A stretch of 64,000 bases of DNA from the IMG/VR virus record IMGVR_UViG_3300020281_001373; one strand, written 5' to 3'. The DNA is from an uncultured virus (IMG/VR IMGVR_UViG_3300020281_001373) (taxonomy: Duplodnaviria > Heunggongvirae > Uroviricota > Caudoviricetes). Below are positions 9,857 through 19,666 of this stretch, one piece after another (the first letter of the stretch is position 1; each line of letters begins with the position of its first letter). The position numbers were made by a program, and so were the translations under genes. The notes below the pieces were generated by a model. It had not been told where the DNA came from and made no database searches. It saw nothing but the letters and a program-made list of their open reading frames with translations.

Positions 9857-10342
9857 ATGATGATAGACTTAGATATTGTAGGAATAAATCACCCGTGTCA
9901 GGGTATTGCAATCAGAGATGCAGTAGAGAATGCAATGATGGTACTCATGCCTAAACGTGAAAAACCAATCTATATAAATGTAGAGATAGGTTTAGATGAA
10001 GATATGGGTACTGCAGCAGGTTATATGGTAGAAGGTAGCGATACAGATGAGTTTGATATATTTCTAAGACAGGATACTTTATATGATATAGAAGAACTAT
10101 TACTTACTGTCACACATGAATGTATACACATCAAACAATATTTACGTAGAGAATTAAGAGATATAAATGTAGATGAAAAGATATGGAGAGGTGAGCTGTA
10201 TAATACTAGAGATACTTATTATAAAGACTGTCCATGGGAACAAGAAGCATATCTCTTACAATTACCTATAGCAAATGCAGTATTAAAAAAATATGAGGAT
10301 AACACATGGCCTTCAGAACAACAAGCAGTAGCACAGCAGTAA
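9857..10342 (+). CDS. zinc metallopeptidase-like protein
   Basis: HECIH..PWEQEAY. Confidence 0.7.
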   Translation: MMIDLDIVGINHPCQGIAIRDAVENAMMVLMPKREKPIYINVEIGLDEDMGTAAGYMVEGSDTDEFDIFLRQDTLYDIEELLLTVTHECIHIKQYLRRELRDINVDEKIWRGELYNTRDTYYKDCPWEQEAYLLQLPIANAVLKKYEDNTWPSEQQAVAQQ

Positions 10343-10689
10343 GCTGGGAAGAAGTAATGGAGTGGTCAAAGAACTTGGCTGCTAAAATTAAGGCTGGTCC
10401 AGATGCTGATGTTAAGTCTATATTTCCAGTAGATCATGAAGATATAATTCCAGCGTGGTTGGTAGCTAAACACTTAGGTATAGGTATACTACCAGGCCAT
10501 GCTGACCTGCAAGCCAAATACTTAGCATTTCATGTAGATAACAGTGTATTCTGTGATATATGTTTTGTTAATTATAAAGAAGATGCTGATCATCAAATGC
10601 TAAGTATTGCTAAACACTCTACTATTGAAGAGATATATGTAGAGCAGGAAGAAAAGAAAACTTATCAATATCCTTGGTATAATATCTAG
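10306..10689 (+). CDS. hypothetical, possibly degenerate phosphoribosyltransferase fold
   Basis: VSWEEV..IPAWLVAKHLG..YPW resembles a purine PRT outline; PRPP-binding motif absent. Confidence 0.4.
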   Translation: MAFRTTSSSTAVSWEEVMEWSKNLAAKIKAGPDADVKSIFPVDHEDIIPAWLVAKHLGIGILPGHADLQAKYLAFHVDNSVFCDICFVNYKEDADHQMLSIAKHSTIEEIYVEQEEKKTYQYPWYNI

Positions 10690-10690
10690 T

Positions 10691-11311
10691 ATGAATGTCT
10701 TTATCTTACATGAGGATCCTATCACAGCTGCACGTATGCATTGTGACAAGCATGTACCTAAGATGATAGTTGAATCTGCACAAATGATTTCAACTGCTCA
10801 TCGTATGCTTGATGGTCATACAATTAAGAAGCCATCTAAATCAGGCAAACGTATTATAAACTATTGGGAACATCCAGATCCTAATGATGAAGAACTACTA
10901 TACAAAGCAGTTCATCACAATCATCCATGTACACTATGGACAAGGCAGACTACAGGTAATTATGATTGGCACTATGAATTATTTGCCGAACTATGTAAAG
11001 AATTTACAAAACGATTTGGTAAAACACATCTATCAGAATCCCTGCTCTTAGAGCGACTTAAGAAACATCCAGTAAAATTACCTAAAGGTGCAAGAACTAA
11101 ATTTCCACTAGCCATGTCTAACTTACCTGAATGCATGGTTGAGGATCCGGTTCAATCATACCGTAATTACTACATTGCTAAACAAAGCTATATGCCTTGT
11201 GATTGGAATAAAGGTACACCTATGCCATCATGGTTCAAAAAGCTAGATGTGGAAGGTGTAGATATGTTTCTTCAAGAGAAGCGTTATGAGCAACAGTACC
11301 ATCAAGTATAA
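10691..11311 (+). CDS. pyrimidine-dimer DNA glycosylase (DenV-related family)
   Basis: MNVFILHEDP..HCDKHVPKMIVESAQMISTAH..HNHPCTLW..YRNYY. Confidence 0.8.
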   Translation: MNVFILHEDPITAARMHCDKHVPKMIVESAQMISTAHRMLDGHTIKKPSKSGKRIINYWEHPDPNDEELLYKAVHHNHPCTLWTRQTTGNYDWHYELFAELCKEFTKRFGKTHLSESLLLERLKKHPVKLPKGARTKFPLAMSNLPECMVEDPVQSYRNYYIAKQSYMPCDWNKGTPMPSWFKKLDVEGVDMFLQEKRYEQQYHQV

Positions 11312-11480
11312 AATCGTACCAGCATTCACTGGTGGATATAATATTATTGCAATAAATAAAACTAGTTGGAAAGAAGTTGCTGGCCCTTATATGGCAGAAG
11401 ATGAAGCAAAGACAGACTTAGATCTTTTCAAAAGCGGTGATGTAGTAGATAATGAAGAAAATAGACAAAATAGATCTTAG
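11286..11480 (+). CDS. hypothetical protein
   Basis: ORF in operon. Confidence 0.45.
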   Translation: MSNSTIKYKIVPAFTGGYNIIAINKTSWKEVAGPYMAEDEAKTDLDLFKSGDVVDNEENRQNRS

Positions 11481-12963
11481 AAAACTTCCTGTTCAGGACC
11501 TTACTGATATGAGTTATCAAGGTAAGGATGAGTGGATGGAAAAGGTCGATACAGAAACATTCGCTCAAGCAATCAACGAAATCTCTAGTTCATTCTGCAT
11601 AGCTAAATGGAAGCAGACTACATTGCATTTACAGAATGGTCACACACATTCATGTCACCACCCACAAACACATAAGGTACCATGGCAAGAGCTAACAGTT
11701 AGACCATCAGCATTACATAACACCACTAAGAAAATGATGATGCGTGATCAGATGAAGAATGGTGTCAGGCCAAGAGAATGTGAGTATTGTTGGAGAGTAG
11801 AAGATGCACGTAAAAAGAAAGGTGATGCCTGGTCAGATAGAATACATAAGAGTCGAGATCATTGGGCATTAAAGCATCTACCTGAAATACTAAGGAATGA
11901 TGCCACATACGATGTACCACCATCATATCTAGAAGTATCATTTAGTAATGTATGTAATTTTAAATGTGCGTATTGTGCTCCACATATATCATCACAATGG
12001 ATGACAGAGATACAGCACAAAGGACCATATCCAACATCAGCAAGATTCAATAACTTAGAATGGATAGAGCAAAATGGTCTAACACCAATACCAAATAATA
12101 AGCCGAATGTATATGTTGAAGCATTTTGGAAATGGTTTCCTGAAATATACCAAGACCTTGAAGTGTTTCGTATTACAGGTGGTGAGCCATTTCTATCTAA
12201 AGATACTATCAAAGTATTAGATTTCTTAACAGATAATCCTGCACCAAATATGGATTTTGCAATCAACACTAACTTATGCATACCTGACAAACTATTTGAA
12301 AATGTAATGGGTAAATTAAAAAGACTTGTTGTTGAGAAGAAGATTAAAAGACTACAACTATATACGAGTGCAGAAGCTCATGGTGATGCATGTAATTACA
12401 TTAGATATGGCATGGATTATGATAAGTGGTACAATAATTGCAGATGGATTATAGGCAATATACCAGATGTAGATGAGCATAATCCTACATCACTAACTAT
12501 AATGTCTACAATTAACTTATTGAGTCTACCATCTTATACTAAGTTTATTCAAGATGTTAGTCTCTTAAAGAAAGAAGCTAGTTTTAACTTAGATAATCCA
12601 AGACTCTATGAGAGAGCTACACCAATTAATTGTCCAGTACGAGTTGACTTTCCATATCTTAGAAATCCTGAGTTCTTGACAGTATTCCTATATCAAAATC
12701 CTGACTACAAACTAGAAGGTAAGAAATGGATCGAGGATGCGATATTTGCAGCTAAAATGGGTGGCTTTAATGTATTCGAAATAGACAGAATGAATAGAGT
12801 CCTAAACACCTATATGGGAGATCAGAGATGGACTCAGGTACAGCGCACTAAACACGAAAGAGACTTCAAAAAGTACATAATTGAATATGATAAGCGAAGA
12901 AATGTTGATTTTGATACAGTTTTTCCTGAGTTAAAATCATTCAAAGATGGTATAATCCTATAA
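11452..12963 (+). CDS. radical SAM protein with N-terminal Twitch/SPASM-like Cys cluster
   Basis: CNFKCAYC, TGGEP; N-terminal C..SCHH..CEYC. Confidence 0.9.
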   Translation: MKKIDKIDLRKLPVQDLTDMSYQGKDEWMEKVDTETFAQAINEISSSFCIAKWKQTTLHLQNGHTHSCHHPQTHKVPWQELTVRPSALHNTTKKMMMRDQMKNGVRPRECEYCWRVEDARKKKGDAWSDRIHKSRDHWALKHLPEILRNDATYDVPPSYLEVSFSNVCNFKCAYCAPHISSQWMTEIQHKGPYPTSARFNNLEWIEQNGLTPIPNNKPNVYVEAFWKWFPEIYQDLEVFRITGGEPFLSKDTIKVLDFLTDNPAPNMDFAINTNLCIPDKLFENVMGKLKRLVVEKKIKRLQLYTSAEAHGDACNYIRYGMDYDKWYNNCRWIIGNIPDVDEHNPTSLTIMSTINLLSLPSYTKFIQDVSLLKKEASFNLDNPRLYERATPINCPVRVDFPYLRNPEFLTVFLYQNPDYKLEGKKWIEDAIFAAKMGGFNVFEIDRMNRVLNTYMGDQRWTQVQRTKHERDFKKYIIEYDKRRNVDFDTVFPELKSFKDGIIL

Positions 12964-12978
12964 AGAAAGTGAGGTTAT

Positions 12979-13125
12979 ATGGAAGCACATCCAGAAGTAG
13001 AATCGCTTAAGCACCGAGTATCAGAGCTAGAGCGAGATAATGGCAGCTATCGAGTTCAGATAGCTGAATATCAACAAATCGTCAAAGAATTATCTGACAA
13101 ATTAAAGAAGGTTAATTATGATTAG
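12979..13125 (+). CDS. small coiled-coil protein (48 aa, not in ORF track)
   Basis: GAGG RBS; MEAHPEVESLKHRVSELERDN... Confidence 0.55.
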   Translation: MEAHPEVESLKHRVSELERDNGSYRVQIAEYQQIVKELSDKLKKVNYD

Positions 13126-13399
13126 AGACCCTTATGAATCTATAATGAATCCTAAGAAGAACGCTCTAAAAAATCTACCATTCCAAGTTAAATTTATGTC
13201 TATGCAAGTATTAGCTTGGATGTGGTCTGCTGTCTTTGGAATCTATATAGTAGAAAGTATATATGCATTTGGTATATCAGCACTAGCACATGCATCATTA
13301 ATAACAATGACTGTGTTGACAGCTATTTACTTTAGACAAGTACAGAAAGCTAAGGTTGATGGCATACTAACAAGAGGTAAAGGAGGAGAACACGAATGA
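13118..13399 (+). CDS. small membrane protein
   Basis: two hydrophobic segments, MQVLAWMWSAVF. Confidence 0.6.
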   Translation: MIRDPYESIMNPKKNALKNLPFQVKFMSMQVLAWMWSAVFGIYIVESIYAFGISALAHASLITMTVLTAIYFRQVQKAKVDGILTRGKGGEHE

Positions 13400-13471
13400 A
13401 ATTTCAAGATTGGGATAAGTTAGTGATTGCAACATCTTTCATTATCTTTTGTATTGTTATTGGAGGTTTAT

Positions 13472-13781
13472 TATGAGTAAAATATATGAATCACCAGATG
13501 GTGGTAAGACAGTATTTGAAAGAGATGTTAATGAACCTATTAGCGCTCGTAGAAAAGTAGAAGATACTGAAACTGATGACTATGATGTACCAGCGTGGAA
13601 GTATATCAGACAGGATTACGAGAGCTATATACTCAAAATAAATAGTCTAATAGAACTTCATGAGATGAAATTTACTAAGACTCATGAAGACTTTCATAAG
13701 AAGGCTTACGAGACCTTAATCACTTACATGCATGAACTAAAAGCTTACATTAAGAAGAAAGAGGAGGATTACTTCAAATGA
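13472..13781 (+). CDS. hypothetical protein (MSKIYESPDGGKT family); start approximate
   Basis: GGAGG RBS before ATG. Confidence 0.55.
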
Positions 13782-14359
13782 GAAAAAAATACGGAAAAGA
13801 AGACTTCATTATTTGGTTTGCGTTATTGGCATTGTTTGGATTTTTTCTATTCATGCCACTTGATGCAGAAGGTGGTACACAACCTAAGATAGAATATCAT
13901 GATAACGATAGCTTTATATCTAGTGTAAAAACCTGTGCTGATTATGAAAACAGCTTAGTTGATGAAGCTGATCAAGTACCAGTAGAAATAATTGCTGCAA
14001 TGGCAGTATTAGAAACTGGATATGGTCAGAGCCGATTTGCTCATGAAGCAAATAACCTTTTTGGTATAAGAACATGGGACATGAATAGCCCACATGTTAA
14101 GCCACTAAACTATGCTACTACAAAATGGGCAGTCAAAAAATACAATACAAAATGCGATAGTGTCAAAGACATGATGCGTATCTTAAATAATCTACACTTC
14201 TATGAGAAGTTTAGAGAAGCCAGACTTAACTTTCTAAACAATGTTGGTTATAGTCTATATGACATGGTCGATACCCTTTCACCATGGTCTACCAACCCTC
14301 GTTATACAGAGTTAGTAAACAATCGAGTCAAGCATATTCAAATTGCTTTTACTGACTAA
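13778..14359 (+). CDS. GH73 glucosaminidase (Bax-like), N-terminal membrane anchor
   Basis: AVLETGYGQSRFA..NNLFGIR..WSTNPRY. Confidence 0.85.
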   Translation: MRKKYGKEDFIIWFALLALFGFFLFMPLDAEGGTQPKIEYHDNDSFISSVKTCADYENSLVDEADQVPVEIIAAMAVLETGYGQSRFAHEANNLFGIRTWDMNSPHVKPLNYATTKWAVKKYNTKCDSVKDMMRILNNLHFYEKFREARLNFLNNVGYSLYDMVDTLSPWSTNPRYTELVNNRVKHIQIAFTD

Positions 14360-14368
14360 AAACAGCAC

Positions 14369-14398
14369 ACCGACTGTGATATTTTTGTCACAGTCGGT
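14369..14398. repeat. 11-bp inverted repeat (hairpin or operator, TGT-N12-ACA core)
   Basis: ACCGACTGTGA-N8-TCACAGTCGGT. Confidence 0.7.
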
Positions 14399-14471
14399 AA
14401 AATAACTGTTAATAAGTTTATAAGTAGTTGTTTTTATATAACAAAATAATCTAAGAAAACTGCATAAAACG

Positions 14472-14500
14472 TTGTACATCTTCGAGAAACTGTATAGAAT
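14472..14500 (+). promoter_or_regulatory. early promoter copy 1
   Basis: TTGTAC-17 nt-TAGAAT with conserved AACTGTATAGAAT, repeated 4x in window. Confidence 0.85.
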
Positions 14501-14532
14501 AGTACCTATAATTGATTAACAAAGGAGTAAAT

Positions 14533-14808
14533 ATGACAATTAATATAACAACCGGATATGAATATACTGGTCAAAATGCGGAAGCATGTGGTGATATTGA
14601 AGCTGTTTGTACTTTTAAACAAGGTATCAAACACTTTGGTGTTTCAGGTACTCAGGTAAAAGGCTTAAAAGCAGTAGCTAGATTAGTCAGATACAGAGTA
14701 GAAGAAGATGAAGATGGTAAAGAAATCAAACGTCCAGTTTATTTCTCAGTCTTTAATGCTGAAGACTTTGCAGCTAGAGCCAAAGTCGCTAAGAAGGTGG
14801 TTGCTTAA
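14533..14808 (+). CDS. ArdC-like ssDNA-binding/antirestriction domain protein
   Basis: N.TTG.EYTG.N..TFKQG..G.QVKG..YFSVFN pattern; first gene after early promoter. Confidence 0.6.
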   Translation: MTINITTGYEYTGQNAEACGDIEAVCTFKQGIKHFGVSGTQVKGLKAVARLVRYRVEEDEDGKEIKRPVYFSVFNAEDFAARAKVAKKVVA

Positions 14809-15074
14809 TGAAAAACTTCGAAGATAGATTGGCAGCATTTCACGGTGCTGCCTTTATGGCTAGAGACGAGTTCGTCAAAGAATATGCAAGTCCACATGAA
14901 GAGTCTTCCATATTCAAAGGTGTACCAATCAAGTATCTTGAATCATTTAAAGCTTTATTTGGTAATGGGTACTTAATTAAGTATAGAGGTAAATCTAAAG
15001 GTCAATACAGAAGACCGCAAGCGTACATGCATAAGCAATATGCTGATACTTTTGCAGTTTATCATAAAAAATAA
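14808..15074 (+). CDS. early hypothetical protein
   Basis: coupled TAATG. Confidence 0.55.
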   Translation: MKNFEDRLAAFHGAAFMARDEFVKEYASPHEESSIFKGVPIKYLESFKALFGNGYLIKYRGKSKGQYRRPQAYMHKQYADTFAVYHKK

Positions 15075-15112
15075 TTCACTTTTAGAGTATAACTATATAG
15101 CAAGGAGAAAAC

Positions 15113-15547
15113 ATGGCAAAATTAATAATAGAAACCCAATACATGGAAAACTACGATGTGGACGAGGTGACCGAAGAAGGATACTGGAAGTTCAAAGGTG
15201 GTAATACTTTTATTGTTGATAATGTCGATGTTAACAATATTCAATCAGTGGCCAACGAAATCATACCACTGATTGAATATGACAACTCCATGTCTAGAGA
15301 ATTTGTCCTTGAATGGACAGTAGAAAATGACGATTGGAAATCTCAATACGAGAAAGACCAAAAAGAGTGGTCTGACGGCAGTATGTATTATGACCCAAGA
15401 CTCTTTAAGAATGAAGATGGTCATTGGATTAAGATACGTAAATTTGATGGTGAACGTGGTGGATACGAATACCATGATAATTTGAATACTAATGAAGTAA
15501 TTTATAAGAATGAATATGAAAACACACAAGCGGGGTACGCATCATGA
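15113..15547 (+). CDS. conserved phage hypothetical protein
   Basis: ETQYMENY..WKFKGG; AAGGAG RBS. Confidence 0.6.
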   Translation: MAKLIIETQYMENYDVDEVTEEGYWKFKGGNTFIVDNVDVNNIQSVANEIIPLIEYDNSMSREFVLEWTVENDDWKSQYEKDQKEWSDGSMYYDPRLFKNEDGHWIKIRKFDGERGGYEYHDNLNTNEVIYKNEYENTQAGYAS

Positions 15548-16026
15548 GTGAAAGCAACGTATGGGGTATCATACCCAATCCTGATAAATGGGTAATCTTT
15601 GATGTAGATGGTACATTAATGGATATTACTGAAAGACGTAAGTTTGTTGAGCAAAGGCCAAAAGACTGGGATTCTTTCAATAATATAGACAATGTCAAGA
15701 AAGACAAGCCATTTGATGCTGTCTTTATGTTGGCTAAAAATTTACAACAAGGTGGTTTTGGTATCATCTTATCTAGTGGTCGTAAAGAAAACTTGACCAA
15801 GATTACATTAGAACAAGTTCAAAAACAAAACTTGTTTCCAGACATGTGGTTCTTTAGGTCAGAAAGAGATTTCAGACCAGATAATGAGTTAAAAGCCAGT
15901 CATTTAGCTAAGATAAGAGCTGAAGGTATTGAACCAGTCATGGCATTTGATGATCGTGACTCAGTTGTAGATTTCTGGCGCTCTGAAGGCATAAAGACCT
16001 TTCAGCCTGAAAGAGGTAATTTTTAA
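15544..16026 (+). CDS. HAD phosphatase, PseT (polynucleotide kinase) 3'-phosphatase domain only
   Basis: FDVDGTL, SGR, RPDNELK, FDDRDSVV. Confidence 0.85.
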   Translation: MSESNVWGIIPNPDKWVIFDVDGTLMDITERRKFVEQRPKDWDSFNNIDNVKKDKPFDAVFMLAKNLQQGGFGIILSSGRKENLTKITLEQVQKQNLFPDMWFFRSERDFRPDNELKASHLAKIRAEGIEPVMAFDDRDSVVDFWRSEGIKTFQPERGNF

Positions 16027-16062
16027 CACAATAAGGTATAATCTATACAGGAGAAACACACT

Positions 16063-16266
16063 ATGATTGACTTACTTAAAGAAATAGAATTACTTGAGCA
16101 GGTTTGCGAAGCTGCTGAAGATGGTGACTTTGAAAAGGTCACTGAACTATGTCGTGATAAGATACATGACAATCTAAAAGCAGTACGTGACTTTGAACGT
16201 GCATATGCCAAGGATTCTTTTGTAGCTGATATCAGACGACAGAATGCAAAAGCAGCAGACAAATAG
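16063..16266 (+). CDS. hypothetical protein
   Basis: AGGAG RBS. Confidence 0.55.
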   Translation: MIDLLKEIELLEQVCEAAEDGDFEKVTELCRDKIHDNLKAVRDFERAYAKDSFVADIRRQNAKAADK

Positions 16267-16690
16267 AGAAATTATGGGCAGATTAGGTGAAGAAGCCTTA
16301 TCTGCCAAATATGGATTTACCCTATCGGATGACAAGTACGATATGGAGAAAGATGCGATTGATGAGAATGGTAATCGAGTAGAGATTAAAACTCAAAATC
16401 GTCATCCGGCTGGGTATTTCACGGTCAACCTTGCAAATGTTAATCAATTAAAAAAGTGTGTCGAGGTTGACCGTCTGTTATTCTTAGAATATGACAATAC
16501 AGACATTCTCAAAGTATGGGAAAGTCCAAAGACAGATGAAGCTCGTAGAGCTAAAACTATTAGAACACGTGATGGTAGAGCTATGGGTGGTTTTCCTATC
16601 GATAAGATGATTCTTATTGATGAGTTAGATGACCCAGATCTCTGTAATATGTTAAAGCAACTATCACAATCAAAGGTGATAGATGTATAG
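16244..16690 (+). CDS. PD-(D/E)XK nuclease-like protein
   Basis: GRLGEE..KDAID..VEIKT. Confidence 0.6.
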   Translation: MQKQQTNREIMGRLGEEALSAKYGFTLSDDKYDMEKDAIDENGNRVEIKTQNRHPAGYFTVNLANVNQLKKCVEVDRLLFLEYDNTDILKVWESPKTDEARRAKTIRTRDGRAMGGFPIDKMILIDELDDPDLCNMLKQLSQSKVIDV

Positions 16691-16985
16691 ACCATTACCT
16701 GAAAGCTTATACATAGGTAAAAGCAGGATACATGGTCAAGGTCTATTTGCTATTGACATTATTGAACCCAACACTGATTTAGGTGTATCGCATATCTATC
16801 TTATTGATAGACTTATACGTACACCACTTGGTGGGTTTATCAATCATTCTGATGATAGCAACTGCAAATTAGAAGAGGGTACTCTATCTAAAGATGCAAG
16901 CTTTCAATGTAAGAGATTGATAACAACCCGTTTTATTCATCCAGGAGATGAGTTAACTACAACTTATAAAATGTATAAAGTATGA
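16683..16985 (+). CDS. SET-domain protein
   Basis: SRIHGQGLFA, GGFINHSDDSNC, GDELTTTY. Confidence 0.85.
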   Translation: MYRPLPESLYIGKSRIHGQGLFAIDIIEPNTDLGVSHIYLIDRLIRTPLGGFINHSDDSNCKLEEGTLSKDASFQCKRLITTRFIHPGDELTTTYKMYKV

Positions 16986-17036
16986 GCACGATAGAAATAC
17001 TATTAATATTATATATAGGTACCATATTACTAGATA

Positions 17037-17159
17037 ATGGAACGCCTAAGTTTTAGATATAAGATAACCCTCCTAATATTATTGACTATAATACTTTACC
17101 CTAGTGCCTATTGGCTGACATTAGAGCTCTGGTGTATTGCGTATGGTCTAATATACTAA
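17037..17159 (+). CDS. small membrane protein (40 aa, not in ORF track)
   Basis: MERLSFRYKITLLILLTIILYP... Confidence 0.35.
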   Translation: MERLSFRYKITLLILLTIILYPSAYWLTLELWCIAYGLIY

Positions 17160-17172
17160 CTAGGATTAATTT

Positions 17173-18837
17173 ATGTATAGATTACTACTACTAAGCCTTG
17201 TCTTGTGCACACAGGTGTACGCGGCAGAGGTCACGGAAGAGATTATTGTCATCGGTGACAGATCTTCTTCAGAAAATAGAATGCTAACATACTCATTTGA
17301 CATTATAAAGGTAGATGATATAGAAGATCTCGATAATGTTGTTGGTGTAGACCTTGTAAGAACAGGTCCTATGGGTCAACAGACATCTTTGTTTACAAGA
17401 GGTACAAACTCTAATCATACTCTTATAGCGTTAAATGGTGTAGCAATTAAAGACCACAGTACCATATCTGGTTCTGATGATATTGGTAAACTAAGAGCAA
17501 CTGGAATTGATAAGATAGAGGTTATACTCGGACCAATGGGTGCCGTATATGGTGCAAATGCTATTGGTGGTGTTATCAATATGCATTCAGTTGCATCGAA
17601 GAAGAATAAGTTCTTTACTCACATGGGTAATAGAGAACACTTTACACATAAGTTGTCATGGGGTAATGAGTTTGATGACCATACATTCTCATTTGACATA
17701 GCCTATGAGAACAATCCATACGCTATATCGGTCAATCCATCAGGTACAGAGCCTGATCCATATAGATTTAGAGACATAAACCTTAACTATTCAGTAGATC
17801 TCTCTCAAAGCGAGTCTATATTTGTGAATAGCATGAATAGAAATCATGACATTAGTCTCGATGCATATAATGGTGATGATCTTGACTATGTGGGTAAGTG
17901 GAAGATGACCAATAATCAGTTCATCTATGCAAATAATAACACCATGGTAGCGGTCAACCAGACCAGTCATGATAGAACATATACGGATGGTGACCTGATA
18001 TCATCATATATTTCAGATGTCGATACACTTCTCGTACATACCACGCTCGACAATTTTACTTACGGAGTAGAGTTAGAGAATGTATCGGCATCCTTCGATA
18101 TTAATGGTGACTGGGGTTATAACTCATATAATACACAAGAATCAAGACAGAACCGAGGTGCATTCTTTGGATATGATGACAGGAACTATACAATCGGTGT
18201 TAGACACGATGATCTCTACAGCATAACCACATACAGAATAGGTGGTCAGATAGCAGGTTTTCGTACATCATGGGCCACAGGATTTAAGGCACCGACACTC
18301 TACGAGCTCTTCGGTAAGGATACATTTGGCTTTAATGGTAATCCTAACCTTGCACCAGAGAGATCAGAGACAGTCGAGATCGGATATGGCAATATAGTCA
18401 CATTGTTCTACACCGAGCTTACTGACATGCATACTTACTCGAACAGTACATACTCTAATAGTGAGACAGTACAGAGGATAAAGGGTGCTGAATTCAACTA
18501 CGGTATCGGACCATTTAGCTTTAACTACACATATCTCGATGTAGGTAAGGAGGTCCTGAGAAGACCGAAACATAAGGCCACGATCAAGCTCTTCGGACGT
18601 GGTCATACATTTAGAGCCACATACACCGGAGAGCACAGAGATATACACTCGGCATTATTCACCACCATCGATATGGATGCCGTAACACTATACGACTACG
18701 ACTACAGGTTATCCATCGACGAGTTCGGTAGCCTTGTCTTTGGTGTAGATAACATCATGGATAAGAGTTATCAGAGTCCGCATGGATACAGTCAGCGTGG
18801 AAGAGAAATATACATGAGGTTAGAATATGAATTTTAA
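17173..18837 (+). CDS. TonB-dependent outer-membrane receptor, BtuB-like
   Basis: signal peptide, TonB box-like EEIIVIG, plug GQQTSLFTRGTNSNHTLIALNG, YGANAIGGVIN, GFKAPTLYEL, NPNLAPERS, C-terminal EYEF. Confidence 0.9.
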   Translation: MYRLLLLSLVLCTQVYAAEVTEEIIVIGDRSSSENRMLTYSFDIIKVDDIEDLDNVVGVDLVRTGPMGQQTSLFTRGTNSNHTLIALNGVAIKDHSTISGSDDIGKLRATGIDKIEVILGPMGAVYGANAIGGVINMHSVASKKNKFFTHMGNREHFTHKLSWGNEFDDHTFSFDIAYENNPYAISVNPSGTEPDPYRFRDINLNYSVDLSQSESIFVNSMNRNHDISLDAYNGDDLDYVGKWKMTNNQFIYANNNTMVAVNQTSHDRTYTDGDLISSYISDVDTLLVHTTLDNFTYGVELENVSASFDINGDWGYNSYNTQESRQNRGAFFGYDDRNYTIGVRHDDLYSITTYRIGGQIAGFRTSWATGFKAPTLYELFGKDTFGFNGNPNLAPERSETVEIGYGNIVTLFYTELTDMHTYSNSTYSNSETVQRIKGAEFNYGIGPFSFNYTYLDVGKEVLRRPKHKATIKLFGRGHTFRATYTGEHRDIHSALFTTIDMDAVTLYDYDYRLSIDEFGSLVFGVDNIMDKSYQSPHGYSQRGREIYMRLEYEF

Positions 18838-19186
18838 GAAGTTTCATAAGTTTATGAAGAGAGGCAGATTGCATAAAGTAATAAAGGCTTCGGGAATAAA
18901 TCAGAACAGTTCAGAACACGAGGTCCGCGTCCTAAAGACCTATCCAGGAGAACACGTAGGTGGACCGCAGACTCAGGTCAGAACCCATTCAGACGACTCA
19001 GATGACTCGTGGATGACTCAAATGGCCAGAGCAAATAGAGTACATGTCACAATACCACTCGAGGATACAAGAGTAGAACTCAATATAGCTCTAACAGTGC
19101 TCTCTATCTTTATCGGTGCTGTAATCGGAATAGTCGGAGTAGGTCTATTAGGACTCGGCTTTCTCAAGGTCCTCGGGCTGCTCTAA
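18827..19186 (+). CDS. hypothetical protein with C-terminal transmembrane helix
   Basis: basic N-terminus, hydrophobic C-terminus. Confidence 0.5.
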   Translation: MNFKKFHKFMKRGRLHKVIKASGINQNSSEHEVRVLKTYPGEHVGGPQTQVRTHSDDSDDSWMTQMARANRVHVTIPLEDTRVELNIALTVLSIFIGAVIGIVGVGLLGLGFLKVLGLL

Positions 19187-19401
19187 ATCACCCGAAAGCT
19201 TTATAAACTGTATTAAAATACATTAAAAAATACAGGCCCGACCGTGATTAAGCCATCTGTAAACACCACCGAGAGATGCCGACTAAATCCACAGGGGCGG
19301 TCGGAACACCCCACCACTGTATCTTTTATGTCACAGGAGTAAAAAATATGCTAAGTGGTTGTTTTCTAATAACAAAAAAGTATAAAAAAACGCATAAAAA
19401 G

Positions 19402-19430
19402 GTGTACATTCCCGAGGAACTGTATAGAAT
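19402..19430 (+). promoter_or_regulatory. early promoter copy 2
   Basis: GTGTAC-17 nt-TAGAAT. Confidence 0.85.
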
Positions 19431-19463
19431 ATACCCTATAATTAACTAATATAAGGAGCATAT

Positions 19464-19664
19464 ATGTCAAAAATGTCTAATCTTTATCTTGAGCAAAGCG
19501 AAATAGCTCAGAACTACATCGCGGATTATGCGAATGGTCACTATCCTTCTATAGAAGACGCTAAGAAAGCTTTTATACAGGATCCTCATTTCGTTAATTT
19601 TGTAGGCGCGGAGTCAGTCTTTGATGACGAGGCTGCAGCTGCCTCAGAGATAGGTATATTATAA
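19464..19664 (+). CDS. early hypothetical protein
   Basis: AAGGAG RBS. Confidence 0.6.
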   Translation: MSKMSNLYLEQSEIAQNYIADYANGHYPSIEDAKKAFIQDPHFVNFVGAESVFDDEAAAASEIGIL

Positions 19665-19666
19665 GT

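Noticed and set aside
14375..14392. CRP site (TGTGA...TCACA) linking the phage cyclase to early promoters
   Set aside because: Half-sites are 8 bp apart, not the 6 bp CRP requires; kept only as an unassigned TGT-N12-ACA box.
16986..17172. Cobalamin riboswitch upstream of the BtuB-like gene
   Set aside because: AT-rich, holds a small membrane ORF, and shows no B12-box or GGGAA/GCCACTG elements.
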